From the NCBI RefSeq assembly GCF_030144855.1, contig NC_082718.1:32302001-32366000 (forward strand): a stretch of 64,000 bases of DNA, given 5' to 3'. The notes under the pieces are model-generated. The model was not told the origin of the DNA. It worked only from the letters and a program-made list of their open reading frames with translations, and made no database searches. The DNA comes from Hypanus sabinus (Eukaryota). A program made the translations under genes and the position numbers. This document shows, in pieces, positions 38,231 to 49,698 of this stretch; positions within the stretch are counted from its first letter, which is position 1; every line of letters starts with the position of its first letter.

Positions 38231-41200
38231 ACAGATTCAATGGAAGACTGCACCCATCTTGGGAGTTCAACCAGTGCGCAAAAGACAACTGTGAAAATAC
38301 AAAAAGGAATAAATAATAACAATAAATAAATAAACAATAAATATTGAGGACAATAGATGAAGAGACCTTGAAAGTGAAACCATTGGCTGTGGGAACCCTT
38401 TCAATGACGGGGTGAGTGAAGTTGAGTGAAGTTATCTGCTCTGGTTCAAGAGAATGATGGTTGGGAGGTAGTAATTGTTCTTGAACCTGGTACTGTGGAT
38501 TCTGAGACTCCTGTACCTTCTTCCTGATGCTAGCAGCAAGAAGAGAGCATGCCCTGGGTGGTGGGGGTCCCTGAAGATGATGCTGTTTTCCTGCAACAGT
38601 ACTACATACAGATGTGCTCAGTGGTGGAGACGGCTTTACCTGTGATGGACTGGGCCATATCCACCACTTTTTGTAGTGTATTCTGTTCAAGGGCATTGGT
38701 GTTTCCATACCAGGCTGTGATGCAGCCAGTCAATACACTCTACACTACACATCTATAGAAATTTGTCACAGCTTTAGATGTCATGCTGAATCTTCGTGAA
38801 CTCCTAAGGAAGTAGAGGTGCTGCCATGTAATTGTCTTTGTAATTTCTTTGTAATTGTCCTGGGCCTAGGACAGGTCCTCCGAAATGATAACACCAAGGA
38901 ATTTAATGATGCTGGCCCTCTCCACCTCTGATCCTCCAATGATTACTGGCTCATGGACCTCTGGTTTCCTCCTCCTGAAGTCAATGATCAGCTCCCTGGT
39001 CTTGCTGAACCAGGATATACGCATGTGTGTAGAGGAAACAGCTAGCAGATATAGACATTGTAAGATTGTCTACCCAAGATCACCGAATGGAATTGGGATC
39101 TGGATATCCTTAAAGGCCTAAACCACAAACTAGTATCAAAGTGAGCCACAAAACCAATAATGCCTCTGTAGAAAACCTTGATCGACTTTCCTTTAGATGT
39201 TTCTTCCAGCTTGAATATCCTTATATTCTGGATGATTGAGGCCCTGGGCAAGGGCCAAAGCTGCTAAACTGTGGAATTCAATACCTAAATCTATAAGAGA
39301 TCCAGACTCAGCTGACACTTCTAAACATCAACTCAAAACCTATCTATTTAAAGTTCAAAGTAAATTTATTATCTAAGTACATATATGTCACCAAATACAA
39401 CCATGAGATTCATTGTCTTGCGAGCATACTCATAGAACCTTGCTTTTAACTAACATCTTTTTTAAAAATTTCATGTTTTTAAAGATATTAATTTAATTTT
39501 TTTTCTTATTTGTAGTTGAACGGAAAGTCCTACAAAATGTCATGGATACGGCCCAGTCCATCATGTATAAAGCCCTCCCAACTGCTGAGCACATCTCCAT
39601 GAAATGCTGTGGTTTCTTGCAAGCCTGAGGACTAAAGAGCAGTCACTACCTCTCATCCATCAGGCTCTTGAACAAAAGGGAATAACTTCACTCAACTTCA
39701 TTTACCCCATCATCGAAATGGCCCCACAACCAACGGACTCACTTTCAAGGACATTTCATCCCATGTTCTCGATATTTATTGCTATTATTTATACTTGCAA
39801 ATTGTTGTCTTCTGACTGAATGCCCTAGTCAAGCTGTTTTTCATTGATACTGTTTTGGTTACTCTTCTATAGATTTGTCCAGTATGCCCACAAAGAAATG
39901 GCTCTCAGGGTTGTATATGGTGATATATATGTACTTGATAATAAATTTACTTTGAACTTTGAACTTGTATTCCATTGTAAAGCACCTGGAACTAAATCAT
40001 CTGAATGAAAATTGCTCTATAAATAACGTTATTATTATTAAATAACTAAATTAATAAACTATTCTCAGAGAACGGAGTTTCATTCTGAAATGACTTCAAA
40101 GAAATACACTTGATTTTTAAATAATTATGTAAGAATAAGATCTGCTTACCTGGGTGGATTATTAAAACTGGTTTATGGAACTTGAGTATATATTATGTAA
40201 GCGGAGTATAGATGTCCATAAGTACCCGTTTCAAAGGGTTAACCCAGGAATCAATCTGCCAACAAGTGCAGTGGGTGAAATACAATGCCAACGTTTCAAA
40301 TTGAACTAGATGACTATGTACAAAATGACTACTGAAAAATCAAACTGCTTCGAAGGAACCTCCTTAATTGTAACAGAGTTCAAAGGGGAATTCCCTTGTG
40401 TTTATTTTAATTTGATCGGATCAAGGATAATTTTCCTCCAGCATTGATCCCTCTCCCTGAATGTTATCTGACAGGGAAGTGGAAGAGCGAAGCACATGAC
40501 TCTGGAGAAATTACGTTTGATAAGCCAACTGGTAATTTTCCTGTCCTTGTTTTTTTATGTGCTTGTAAAATTAAATACATAGTGCAGTTAAAGCTAATAA
40601 ACAGACAACTGCTGTTTCCTTCGATGCATTACAAATTTAAGTGACTTTGTAATGCATTCAAAAGTTGAAAATTATTTTTAAATGTTTATGATCACAGTAT
40701 TCCAACCCTTACCAATCACTGCTAATCGACCGTGAACCGAGGAAGCAGAAAAAAGTCAACAACGTTCTGACGCAGTAAAGATGTCAGATTTCCTCCTCTA
40801 AAGAGTATTAGTGAACCTCATGAGTTTTACAGAGATCGGATAGTTTCATGCTTGTCAATACTAATACCAGCGTATTTTTTCTGTTAACTCCTAAATGACT
40901 AACTGGAATTTGAAATCCCCATGTGCTGTGGTGGTTTCAGATTCAAGTCACTGGATCAATGCTGCTGTTCTCTGAATACTAGCCCAACAATATGATCAGT
41001 GCACTACCATAGTCCTCTTCAACTGCAGCAGCATTTCTGAAGTGCCATAATAGTACTCTAAAATTTGAACTCTGATCCTGAAATTTTTCACCTCGGAATC
41101 AAAACTCCTTGTGCTCCACCATTGGCGAATGGACTCTCAATGTGTCCGCTGCAAAGAACTTTGACTTCCAAAACACCTCCACCTTCAAAAGGTGATGCAT

Positions 41201-41514
41201 GCGTCATTGCCATCATCCAGGACACGTCCTTTTCTCATTGCTTCCAGGACTGACAAGCCCCATCTGCCCGGAGCAACTGGTTTTAAGCCGCCAGTAATCT
41301 ACCCTTGCCCCTTCTCCTGTCAGTAGAAATGGTTCTGTCAGGCTTAGCAACTAAGCCACATGTGAAGGCCAGGAGCTGGACCTGTTTGTCAGAGGCTATT
41401 TGAGACACACACGATTGGGAGCATTTATTAGGTAGTGGGAGCTTATCCCCACTACCACTCCTAGCTATAACAATCTTAAGGAACCTGGATTATATATGTA
41501 TTGATTTATCTCAG

Positions 41515-42380
41515 GACTTCAGAGGGTTGTGGACAGTGTAGAAGATTGTCAAAGATCACTGCGCAATATAGATCAGTTGCAGATATGGGCAGAGAAATGG
41601 CAGATGGAGTTTAACCCAGATAAATGTGAGGTGTTGCACCTTGATAGGGCAAATGCAAGAGAGACAGTACACTGTTAAAGTGCAAGATACTTAGCAATGT
41701 TGCTGAGCAGAGAGATCTTGGGATCCAAATTTAAAGCTCCTTGAAAGTGGCTAGCCAGGGCGATAATGTGGTTGGGAAGACTTATAGAATACTTGCTTTT
41801 ATTAGTCGAGGCACTGAGTTCAAAAGTCAACAGGTTACGTTACAACTTTATGAAACTGTTCTAAACCTCTTTTTCACCATCGCCAAAGCCTTAACATCTT
41901 TCCTAGAGTGAAAAATACTCCAGATTTAGCCTAACCAGAATTTATAAAGTTGCAACCTAACCTGATGACTGGCAATATCACGAGAGGCTGGATAAACTTG
42001 GGTTGTCTTCTCTGCTGTGCTGGCAGCTGAGGGGAGATCTAATAGAGGTTTATAAGATCATGAGAGTGGACAGAGAGTATCTGTTTCCCAGGGTTGAAAT
42101 GTCTAATACTAATGGGCATTGCAGGTGAAAGTGGGTGGATTCAAAGGGGGTATGAGATGTAGGTTTTGTATTCAGGGAGTGGGGAATGCTTGGAATGCGC
42201 TGCCTAGTATGGTGGCAGAGGTAAATACATTAGAGGCTTTTAAGAGATGTTTGGATAGGCGCGTAGATGTAAGCTAGATGGAAGGATTTAAAAATAGTGT
42301 AGGTAGGAAGGATTAACATTTTGGTGTACTACATTGTGGGCTGAATGGCCTGTTCCCATGCTGTACTGTTCTATGATCTA
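41515..42380 (+). mobile_element. Degenerate CR1 LINE 3' fragment with a short inverted internal piece (~41860-41970)
   Basis: WAEKWQMEFNPDKCEVLHL motif and CR1 3' UTR similar to the 13905-15016 element. Confidence 0.75.
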
Positions 42381-43799
42381 CGTTGATGGAGAAAAATCCC
42401 CATTGATACTGAGATCTGAGTAATTTTCCACTTACAAATTGTCAATGTATCTGATGTGGTTGCCTCATTCTTGTTGGTGCTTCAACACCCACTAATTCCA
42501 GAGACATTTCAGGTCATTTCCAAACAGATTAATGTGCAGCAGTCTTTTGCAAAATTGCAATAAACTCAAGTTGCTTCCAAATGTCATCTTAAACCTGATT
42601 AGACAGGGTATTTTTACAACTGTTTTCAGGTGATGGCATTGGGACTCTTTTTTGAAACTAATTGGTGTTTTATGATGCTTAGTCATGTTGAAATACCAAT
42701 ACAACTGGTGTAGTCATGATAGATACTTTAACAACTGGTGAATGGGAAATTACTTAATAGGATCTCATAACATAGTTTCAATGGGGATTTTCTTGATCAA
42801 ATCCCTGAAGCTAGAAAACACTGGGCATTATTTTTTTTGAGATGGCAATCCCTTATATCTTTCAGCCTTCACAAAATTTCCAAGAACTCCTGAAAAATCC
42901 AAACCATGAATGGAAATAACAGACCCAAAAATTTAGAGAAGTTAAATAATTGGCACTTCTGTAAAAAATGCATTAATATTTTGGCACCGTTCTCCCACCA
43001 CTCCCGGGTCACCAACAAGTGCCGGGTAATGGTTGATGGTTCCTGAACCTGGTGGTGTGAGTGCTGAGGCTCCTGTACTGTCTTCCTGATGGCAGCAGTG
43101 AGAAGAGAGCATGATCTCGGTGGTGGGGGTCCCTGATGATGGATGATGCTTTCCTGTGATGTTTCATGTAGATGTGCTCAGTGGTGGGGAGGGCTTTACC
43201 CATGATGGACTGGGCCGTATCCACTACTTTTTGTAGGATTTTCCGTTCAAGGGCAATATTTCATAAGTATTATTGAGACCCTATAGTTTAAATATAATTC
43301 GTCTACTTGTTATTTTAGTTAATTTGTAAATGTTTAGTGGTGTTGACTAGTGGAACTGAGGGCAGGTGTGGTACTTCGGACGCTTGCGGGGATAAGTGCC
43401 CGGAAGGAGATTGGAAGGAAGGGACGAATGGAGAAGGGAATCGCGGAGGGAGCGATCCCTGTGGGAATTGTGTAGGGGGTGGAGGTAGAAATATGTTTGA
43501 TGGCAGGATCTCTTCAGAGATGGCGGAGGTTGCGGAGAAAGGTGTGTTGGATGCGGGGACTGGTAGGTGAGGACAAGAGGAACTCTATTGAGGCGGCGGG
43601 AAGATGGGGTGAGCGCGGATGTTCGGAAATAAAGGAAATGCGGTGAGGGCTGCATCAATGGTGGAGGAAGAGAAAACCCGTTTCCTTGAAGGAGGAGGAC
43701 ACCTGGAAATGAAAGCTTCATCCTGGGAACATATGCGGTGGAGAATGAAGGAACCGTGAAAAGGGAATCTCGAACTTATTAAACGCAACACCTTTTTTT

Positions 43800-44201
43800 T
43801 TGTCGCTGGCTTGTAATGACAGGCCATGTCCATTAGAGGGCAGCCTGCGATCCAGCTGCTGATGTTGACACAAACCTATTGAAACACCTCCTCACTGCTA
43901 ATATTGATCAGCCACGTGATTTTAAAAAGTTCAAAGATTTTTTTTAAGGAAGCAATTGCATGTCACTGTGCGAGTACGCGAGGGAGCAGTTGCATTCCGA
44001 ACAAAGGACGGTGCCCCAGGGGTTTGCCAGGTCGAGCTGCGTTCATTCATAGTCAATGAAGGCAGCCCATTCAATACACTCAGATCAGCCTTGAAGTGAA
44101 TGGCGGAGGAGAGTTCAGCGTCTGGAACTTACTGTGCAGAAACCTCCAGCCTTGGTGTTGCTGGTTTTGGGACATCGGCGTGAGATCCGAAGTTAGATGC
44201 G
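43800..44201 (+). promoter_or_regulatory. mapk12: CpG-retaining promoter / 5' UTR region of mapk12
   Basis: Visibly more CpG than the CpG-depleted flanks, extending through exon 2; E-box CACGTG at 43913-43918. The TSS cannot be determined from sequence. Confidence 0.5.
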
Positions 44202-44314
44202 ATGGCGACGAGGAAAGGATTCACCCAGCAGGAGATAAACAAGACGGTGTGGGAAGTGTTGGACCGATATACAGAGCTGAACCCTGTGGGCTCGGGAGCG
44301 TATGGCACAGTTTG
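44202..44314 (+). CDS. mapk12: p38-gamma MAPK coding exon 1 ([38 protein letters not shown])
   Basis: gcgATGg Kozak context; glycine loop GSGAYG; 113 nt ending TG|gtaagt. Missed by the ORF track. Confidence 0.95.
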
Positions 44315-44586
44315 GTAAGTCAGTTTCGCTATGTCCCGATCTTTTGCCTAGGGATTAGATATGGTTAAAACTTGTTACTGGCAGGTCTGTTCCTTCCAAG
44401 AGTTTAAATAAACGAAACGCGGATGCTGGCTCAGCACGTTAAAAGTTTCTAGTGATGAGGGTTATTGTACGCTTCCGGGTTTTCAGGAAACCCAGCGTTT
44501 ACCTTTGTCTCCTGTTCCACCGCTCCAAGTTCTGAAGCAGGGAACGTTGAGATTTACCTTCTGCCCACTGTGATTCTGGCCAACAG

Positions 44587-44716
44587 CTCAGCCATTGACA
44601 AGCGAACCGGAGGCAAGGTGGCCATCAAGAAACTGTACCGGCCCTTTCAGTCCGAGCTCTTCGCCAAACGGGCTTATCGGGAACTGCGGTTGCTGAAGCA
44701 CATGAAACACGAGAAC
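44587..44716 (+). CDS. mapk12: p38-gamma exon 2 ([43 protein letters not shown])
   Basis: aacag| 130 nt |gtgagt; [23 protein letters not shown] matches MAPK12; position downstream of mapk11 fits known synteny. Exon 3 was not found before the window end. Confidence 0.95.
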
Positions 44717-45607
44717 GTGAGTGAATTGTTTTCCCCCTCCCAAGAGAGAAAAAAAAATCCGAACTCCCAGAGATTACAGCTCTTTAGAATAGATTTTTGG
44801 GCCAAAGATTTCAGGATGTTTTTGTGTTAATCAGGGAGTGTCACTACGCTGTCATTCTCTCGATCGGAAACCAACGCCTTTACTAATCCTGGTTTCTGGA
44901 GGTTTCGCTTCCACTCTGCTTTCGCTTTTGTGGATGGTTGTGCCTGTCCCGTGAATGGAGGCGGACGTCATTAGAAAAATCAATGAGTGCTCAGCCCGCC
45001 TTTTTCATTCAAGATCAACCTTCAACTTCATCCTCTGCCGCCTCCATTTCAAAGTTCAAATTAAATGCAATGCCCAAGTTTGTCACCACGTCCGCGACGT
45101 GTTGGCTTGCGGGCAATAAAGGGAGGCTGGCAGACGACCAATGTGGCAAAGTGCGAAATCAAAAATAAACAAAACAAATAATGCCGAGGACCTGAGTTGT
45201 AGAGCTGTGAATCCAAAGCTTGTGGGATCAGTTCGATGCTGGAGTGAGTGAAGTTATCCACTCTAGTTCAGGCTGTAGGGTAATAACCCTGAAGCTGGTG
45301 ATGTGGGACCTGAGGCTCGTGTGCACCATTTATCTTTATCTGTTTATTTATTTTATTTATCTATTTATTAATTTACTCTCTTACTTATATTCCAATATAA
45401 AGGCCTTTCCAGCAGTTTGAGTCGCACTGCCCAGTAATTCCCCCGATTTAACCCTAGCCTAATCACGGGACAATTTACAATGACAAATTAACCCACCAAC
45501 TGGTACACCTTTGGATGTGGGAGAAAACCGCAGCAGTGGGGAAGAAGCCCTGGTCGCCTGTACTGCAAAGTGTTGTGCTAACTAGTAAGCTCCTATACCT
45601 TCTTCCT

Positions 45608-46607
45608 GATGGACAACAGCCAGATGAGAGAGGGGACTGGGTGGTGGGTGCCCTCTATGATGGACAGCAGCCAGATGAGAGAGGGGACTGGGTGGTGGGT
45701 GCCCTCTCTGATGGACAGCCAAATGAGAGAGGGGACTGGGTGGTGGGTGCCCTCTATGATGGACAGCAGCCAGATGAGAGAGGGGACTGGGTGGTGGGTG
45801 CCCTCTATGATGGACAGCAGCCAGATGAGAGAGGGGACTGGGTGGTGGGTGCCCTCTCTGATGGACAGCCAAATGAGAGAGGGGACTGGGTGGTGGGTGC
45901 CCTCTATGATGGACAGCAGCCAGATGAGAGAGGGGACTGGGTGGTGGGTGCCCTCTATGATGGACAGCCAGATGAGAGAGGGGACTGGGTGGTGGGTGCC
46001 CTCTATGATGGACAGCAGCCAGATGAGAGAGGGGACTGGGTGGTGGGTGCCCTCTATGATGGACAGCAGCCAGATGAGAGAGGGGACTGGGTGGTGGGTG
46101 CCCTCTATGATGGACAGCAGCCAGATGAGAGAGGGGACTGGGTGGTGGGTGCCCTCTATAATGGACAGCCAGATGAGAGAGGGGACTGGGTGGTGGGTGC
46201 CCTCTATGATGGACAGCAGCCAGATGAGAGAGGGGACTGGGTGGTGGGTGCCCTCTATGATGGACAGCAGCCAGATGAGAGAGGGGACTGGGTGGTGGGT
46301 GCCCTCTATGATGGACAGCCAGATGAGAGAGGGGACTGGGTGGTGGGTGTCCTCTATAATGGACAGCAGCCAGATGAGAGAGGGGACTGGGTGGTGGGTG
46401 CCCTCTATGATGGACAGCCAGATGAGAGAGGGGACTGGGTGGTGGGTGCCCACTATGATGGACAGCCAGATGAGAGAGGGGACTGGGTGGTGGGTGCCCT
46501 CTATGATGGGCAGCAGCCAGATGAGAGAGGGGACTGGGTGGTGGGTGCCCTCTATGATGGGCAGCAGCCAGATGAGAGAGGGGACTGGGTGGTGGGTGCC
46601 CTCTATG
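45608..46607. repeat. 51/48-bp minisatellite, 20 units, embedded in a Rex1/Babar fragment (45585-46720, - strand)
   Basis: Unit gatggacag(cag)ccagatgagagaggggactgggtggtgggtgccctctat; 13 x 51 bp + 7 x 48 bp; flanks continue as LINE sequence. Confidence 0.97.
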
Positions 46608-47362
46608 ATGGATGCTGCTTTCTTGTGGCAGCACTTCTTGTAAAGGTGTTTAATGGTGGGAGGGGCCTTTCCTGTGATGGACTCGTCTGTATCCATTACT
46701 TTTTGTAGGATTTTCCGTTAAGTAATTCCATAAATTTCCACACCTTTGGTTTATTTTGAAATCCCCTCCATGTGGTGACACCTGATGTGGAGAAGGTGCT
46801 AATATCAGACACAGAAACAGGCCCTTTGGCCCATCTAGTCCATGCCAAATCTGAGAATGCTAGAAGCAGCTCCAGCCATATCAGTGGAAAGAGAGACATT
46901 TAATATTTCAGGTGGAAGGCTATTTACTTGGCGTCTGGCCCTGCTAGCATCATAGTTAACAAAATGTCTGTTTATCTTGTTTACCTTTCAGTTTGCGCCT
47001 CTGTAGCAGTAAATGGTTATAGCTGCGCAGTGGTTTCACACAATCCGCCCTCTCTCTGGGTTTCAGTCGCTTAAACTGCATGATCTTCCTGGTTGGAACG
47101 TGAATTTTCTTTTTGATAGGAATGGTTTAGAGCAGAGGTTCTGTGAACCCTTTCTTAATGGTATTGGTTCACGGCATTTAAAAAACACCTGGTTTAGAGG
47201 GATATGGGCCAAATGCAGGTTAATGGAATCAGTTTGGGAGGGTAGCTTGATTAGAATCAGAATCAGGTTTAATATCACTGTCATGAAATTTGTTAGCTTC
47301 ATGGCAGCAGTACAATGCAATACAAGATAATATAGGAAAAATAAGTAAATCATTTACAGTAA

Positions 47363-47402
47363 GTGTGTGTGTACATACATTTGTGTGTGTGTGTGTGTGT
47401 GT

Positions 47403-47445
<43 letters not shown>
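47363..47445. repeat. (TG)n microsatellite, interrupted
   Basis: Direct reading. Confidence 0.95.
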
Positions 47446-47452
<7 letters not shown>

Positions 47453-47988
47453 AGAAGTTTGACTGCTCCAATTAAACCAGCCAAAATGAGCTTTGCTGCT
47501 ATTATGAAAGTAGGAACATTTTGTCATATGGTGGGCATTGGGAATGGACCCAAATGCAAGACATAGACACTGAGGTACTAGGGATAGGACTAGGTGTGTC
47601 AAGAAAGTAAGGGAAGTGGGGAAGGAACAACGCTGGACAAGACACAGGCCCTGGACGAGACTAAGAGACAGGGCATGGGCTAGGACTAGAGTAGGAAAGT
47701 GGGACCTGGACAAGGACTGTGAGCCAGAGACTGGACAGGGACCCGGAACCTGGGTCTTGACTCGGGCTCGGACTCCGGATCCAGGCGAGGGCTGGACGTG
47801 GGGGCAGGACACAAGACTCCAGGGCTGGACAAGGACATGAAGCTCAGACTTGATCTTGATCGAGGGAGAGCAGGAGCACAGAGCCTAGGATGAGGGAGAG
47901 CAAAGCAGAAGTGGGGAGAGGCATAGCTGGACATGGACATTAGCCGGGGATGAGATCAGGACTCAGGGCCTAGGCTATGACTTGGACT

Positions 47989-48175
47989 TGGACACCGACT
48001 GGAACCTCCACGGAGCCTTGGACACCGACTGGAACCTCCACGGAGCCTGGGACACCGACTGGAACCTCCACGGAGCCTGGGACAGGGACTGGACACTCCT
48101 CGGAGCCTTGGACACCGACTGGAACCTCCTCAGAGCCTTGGACACCGACTGGAACCTCCTCAGAGCCTTGGACAT
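47989..48175. repeat. 30-bp tandem repeat (~6 units) within the solo LTR
   Basis: Unit ggacaccgactggaacctccacggagcctt. Confidence 0.95.
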
Positions 48176-48426
48176 GGAGCACAGGAACACAGAGCCGGGA
48201 CCCCTCCTTGGTGACAGGACGTAGGGCCGGGGCTTTACACAGACACTAAACACAGGGACACAAAGAGACAGTTCCAAGTTCAACAATAGATAGTTCCTTC
48301 TGTTGGTGAGGCAAGGCTCCAGTCTCACTCCAACAGCTGAACTTGAGAGCGATACAGGCCTGGGTTGTCGGCAGGGCTCCAGAGGGAAGGAAGGGAACAG
48401 TCCAGGCTCAGAGTAACAGCAAAAGC

Positions 48427-49698
48427 AGCCTGACTTACCCCACGGAGGCAAGGACAGGAAGGGACAGATCCCACCATAGGGTAATAGCCTGACTTACCCC
48501 CCGGAGGCAAGGACAGGAAGGGACAGATCCCACCATAGGGTAATAGCCTGACTTACCCCCCGGAGGCAAGGACAGGAAGGGACAGATCCCACCATAGGGT
48601 AATAGCCTGACTTACCCCCCGGAGGCAAGGACAGGAAGGGACAGATCCCACCATAGGGTAATAGCCTGACTTACCCCACATAGGCAAGGACAGGAAGGGA
48701 CAGATCCCACCATAGGGTAATAGCCTGACTTACCCCACGTAGGCAAGGACAGGAAGGGACAGATCCCACCATAGGGTAACAGCCTGACTTACCCCACGGA
48801 GGCAAGGACAGGAAGGGACAGATCCCACCATAGGGTAATAGCCTGACTTACCCCACGGAGGCAAGGACAGGAAGGGACAGATCCCACCATAGGGTAATAG
48901 CCTGACTTACCCCCCGGAGGCAAGGACAGGAAGGGACAGATCCCACCATAGGGTAATAGCCTGACTTACCCCCCGGAGGCAAGGACAGGAAGGGACAGAT
49001 CCCACCATAGGGTAATAGCCTGACTTACCCCATGTAGGCAAGGACAGGAAGGGACAGATCCCACCATAGGGTAATAGCCTGACTTACCCCACGTAGGCAA
49101 GGACAGGAAGGGACAGATCCCACCATAGGGTAATAGCCTGACTTACCCCACGTAGGCAAGGACAGGAAGGGACAGATCCCACCATAGGGTAATAGCCTGA
49201 CTTACCCCACGTAGGCAAGGACAGGAAGGGACAGATCCCACCATAGGGTAATAGCCTGACTTACCCCACATAGGCAAGGACAGGAAGGGACAGATCCCAC
49301 CATAGGGTAATAGCCTGACTTACCCCACATAGGCAAGGACAGGAAGGGACAGATCCCACCATAGGGTAACAGCCTGACTTACCCCACGTAGGCAAGGACA
49401 GGAAGGGACAGATCCCACCATAGGGTAACAGCCTGACTTACCCCCCGGAGGCAAGGACAGGAAGGGACAGATCCCACCATAGGGTAATAGCCTGACTTAC
49501 CCCACGTAGGCAAGGACAGGAAGGGACAGATCCCACCATAGGGTAATAGCCTGACTTACCCCACGTAGGCAAGGACAGGAAGGGACAGATCCCACCATAG
49601 GGTAACAGCCTGACTTACCCCCCGGAGGCAAGGACAGGAAGGGACAGATCCCACCATAGGGTAACAGCCTGACTTACCCCACAGAGGCAAGGACAGGA
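48427..49698. repeat. 59-bp minisatellite (~21.5 near-identical units) within the solo LTR
   Basis: Unit gcctgacttaccccccggaggcaaggacaggaagggacagatcccaccatagggtaata; shifts by 1 nt per 60-nt line. Confidence 0.98.

Noticed and set aside
45515-46708. Four long ORFs (344-397 aa) as protein-coding genes
   Set aside because: They are open only because the 51/48-bp tandem unit lacks stops in those frames; they lie inside a LINE fragment in an intron with no supporting gene structure.
48427-49698. CRISPR-like array
   Set aside because: Units are contiguous tandem copies with no unique spacers, there are no cas genes, and the context is eukaryotic.
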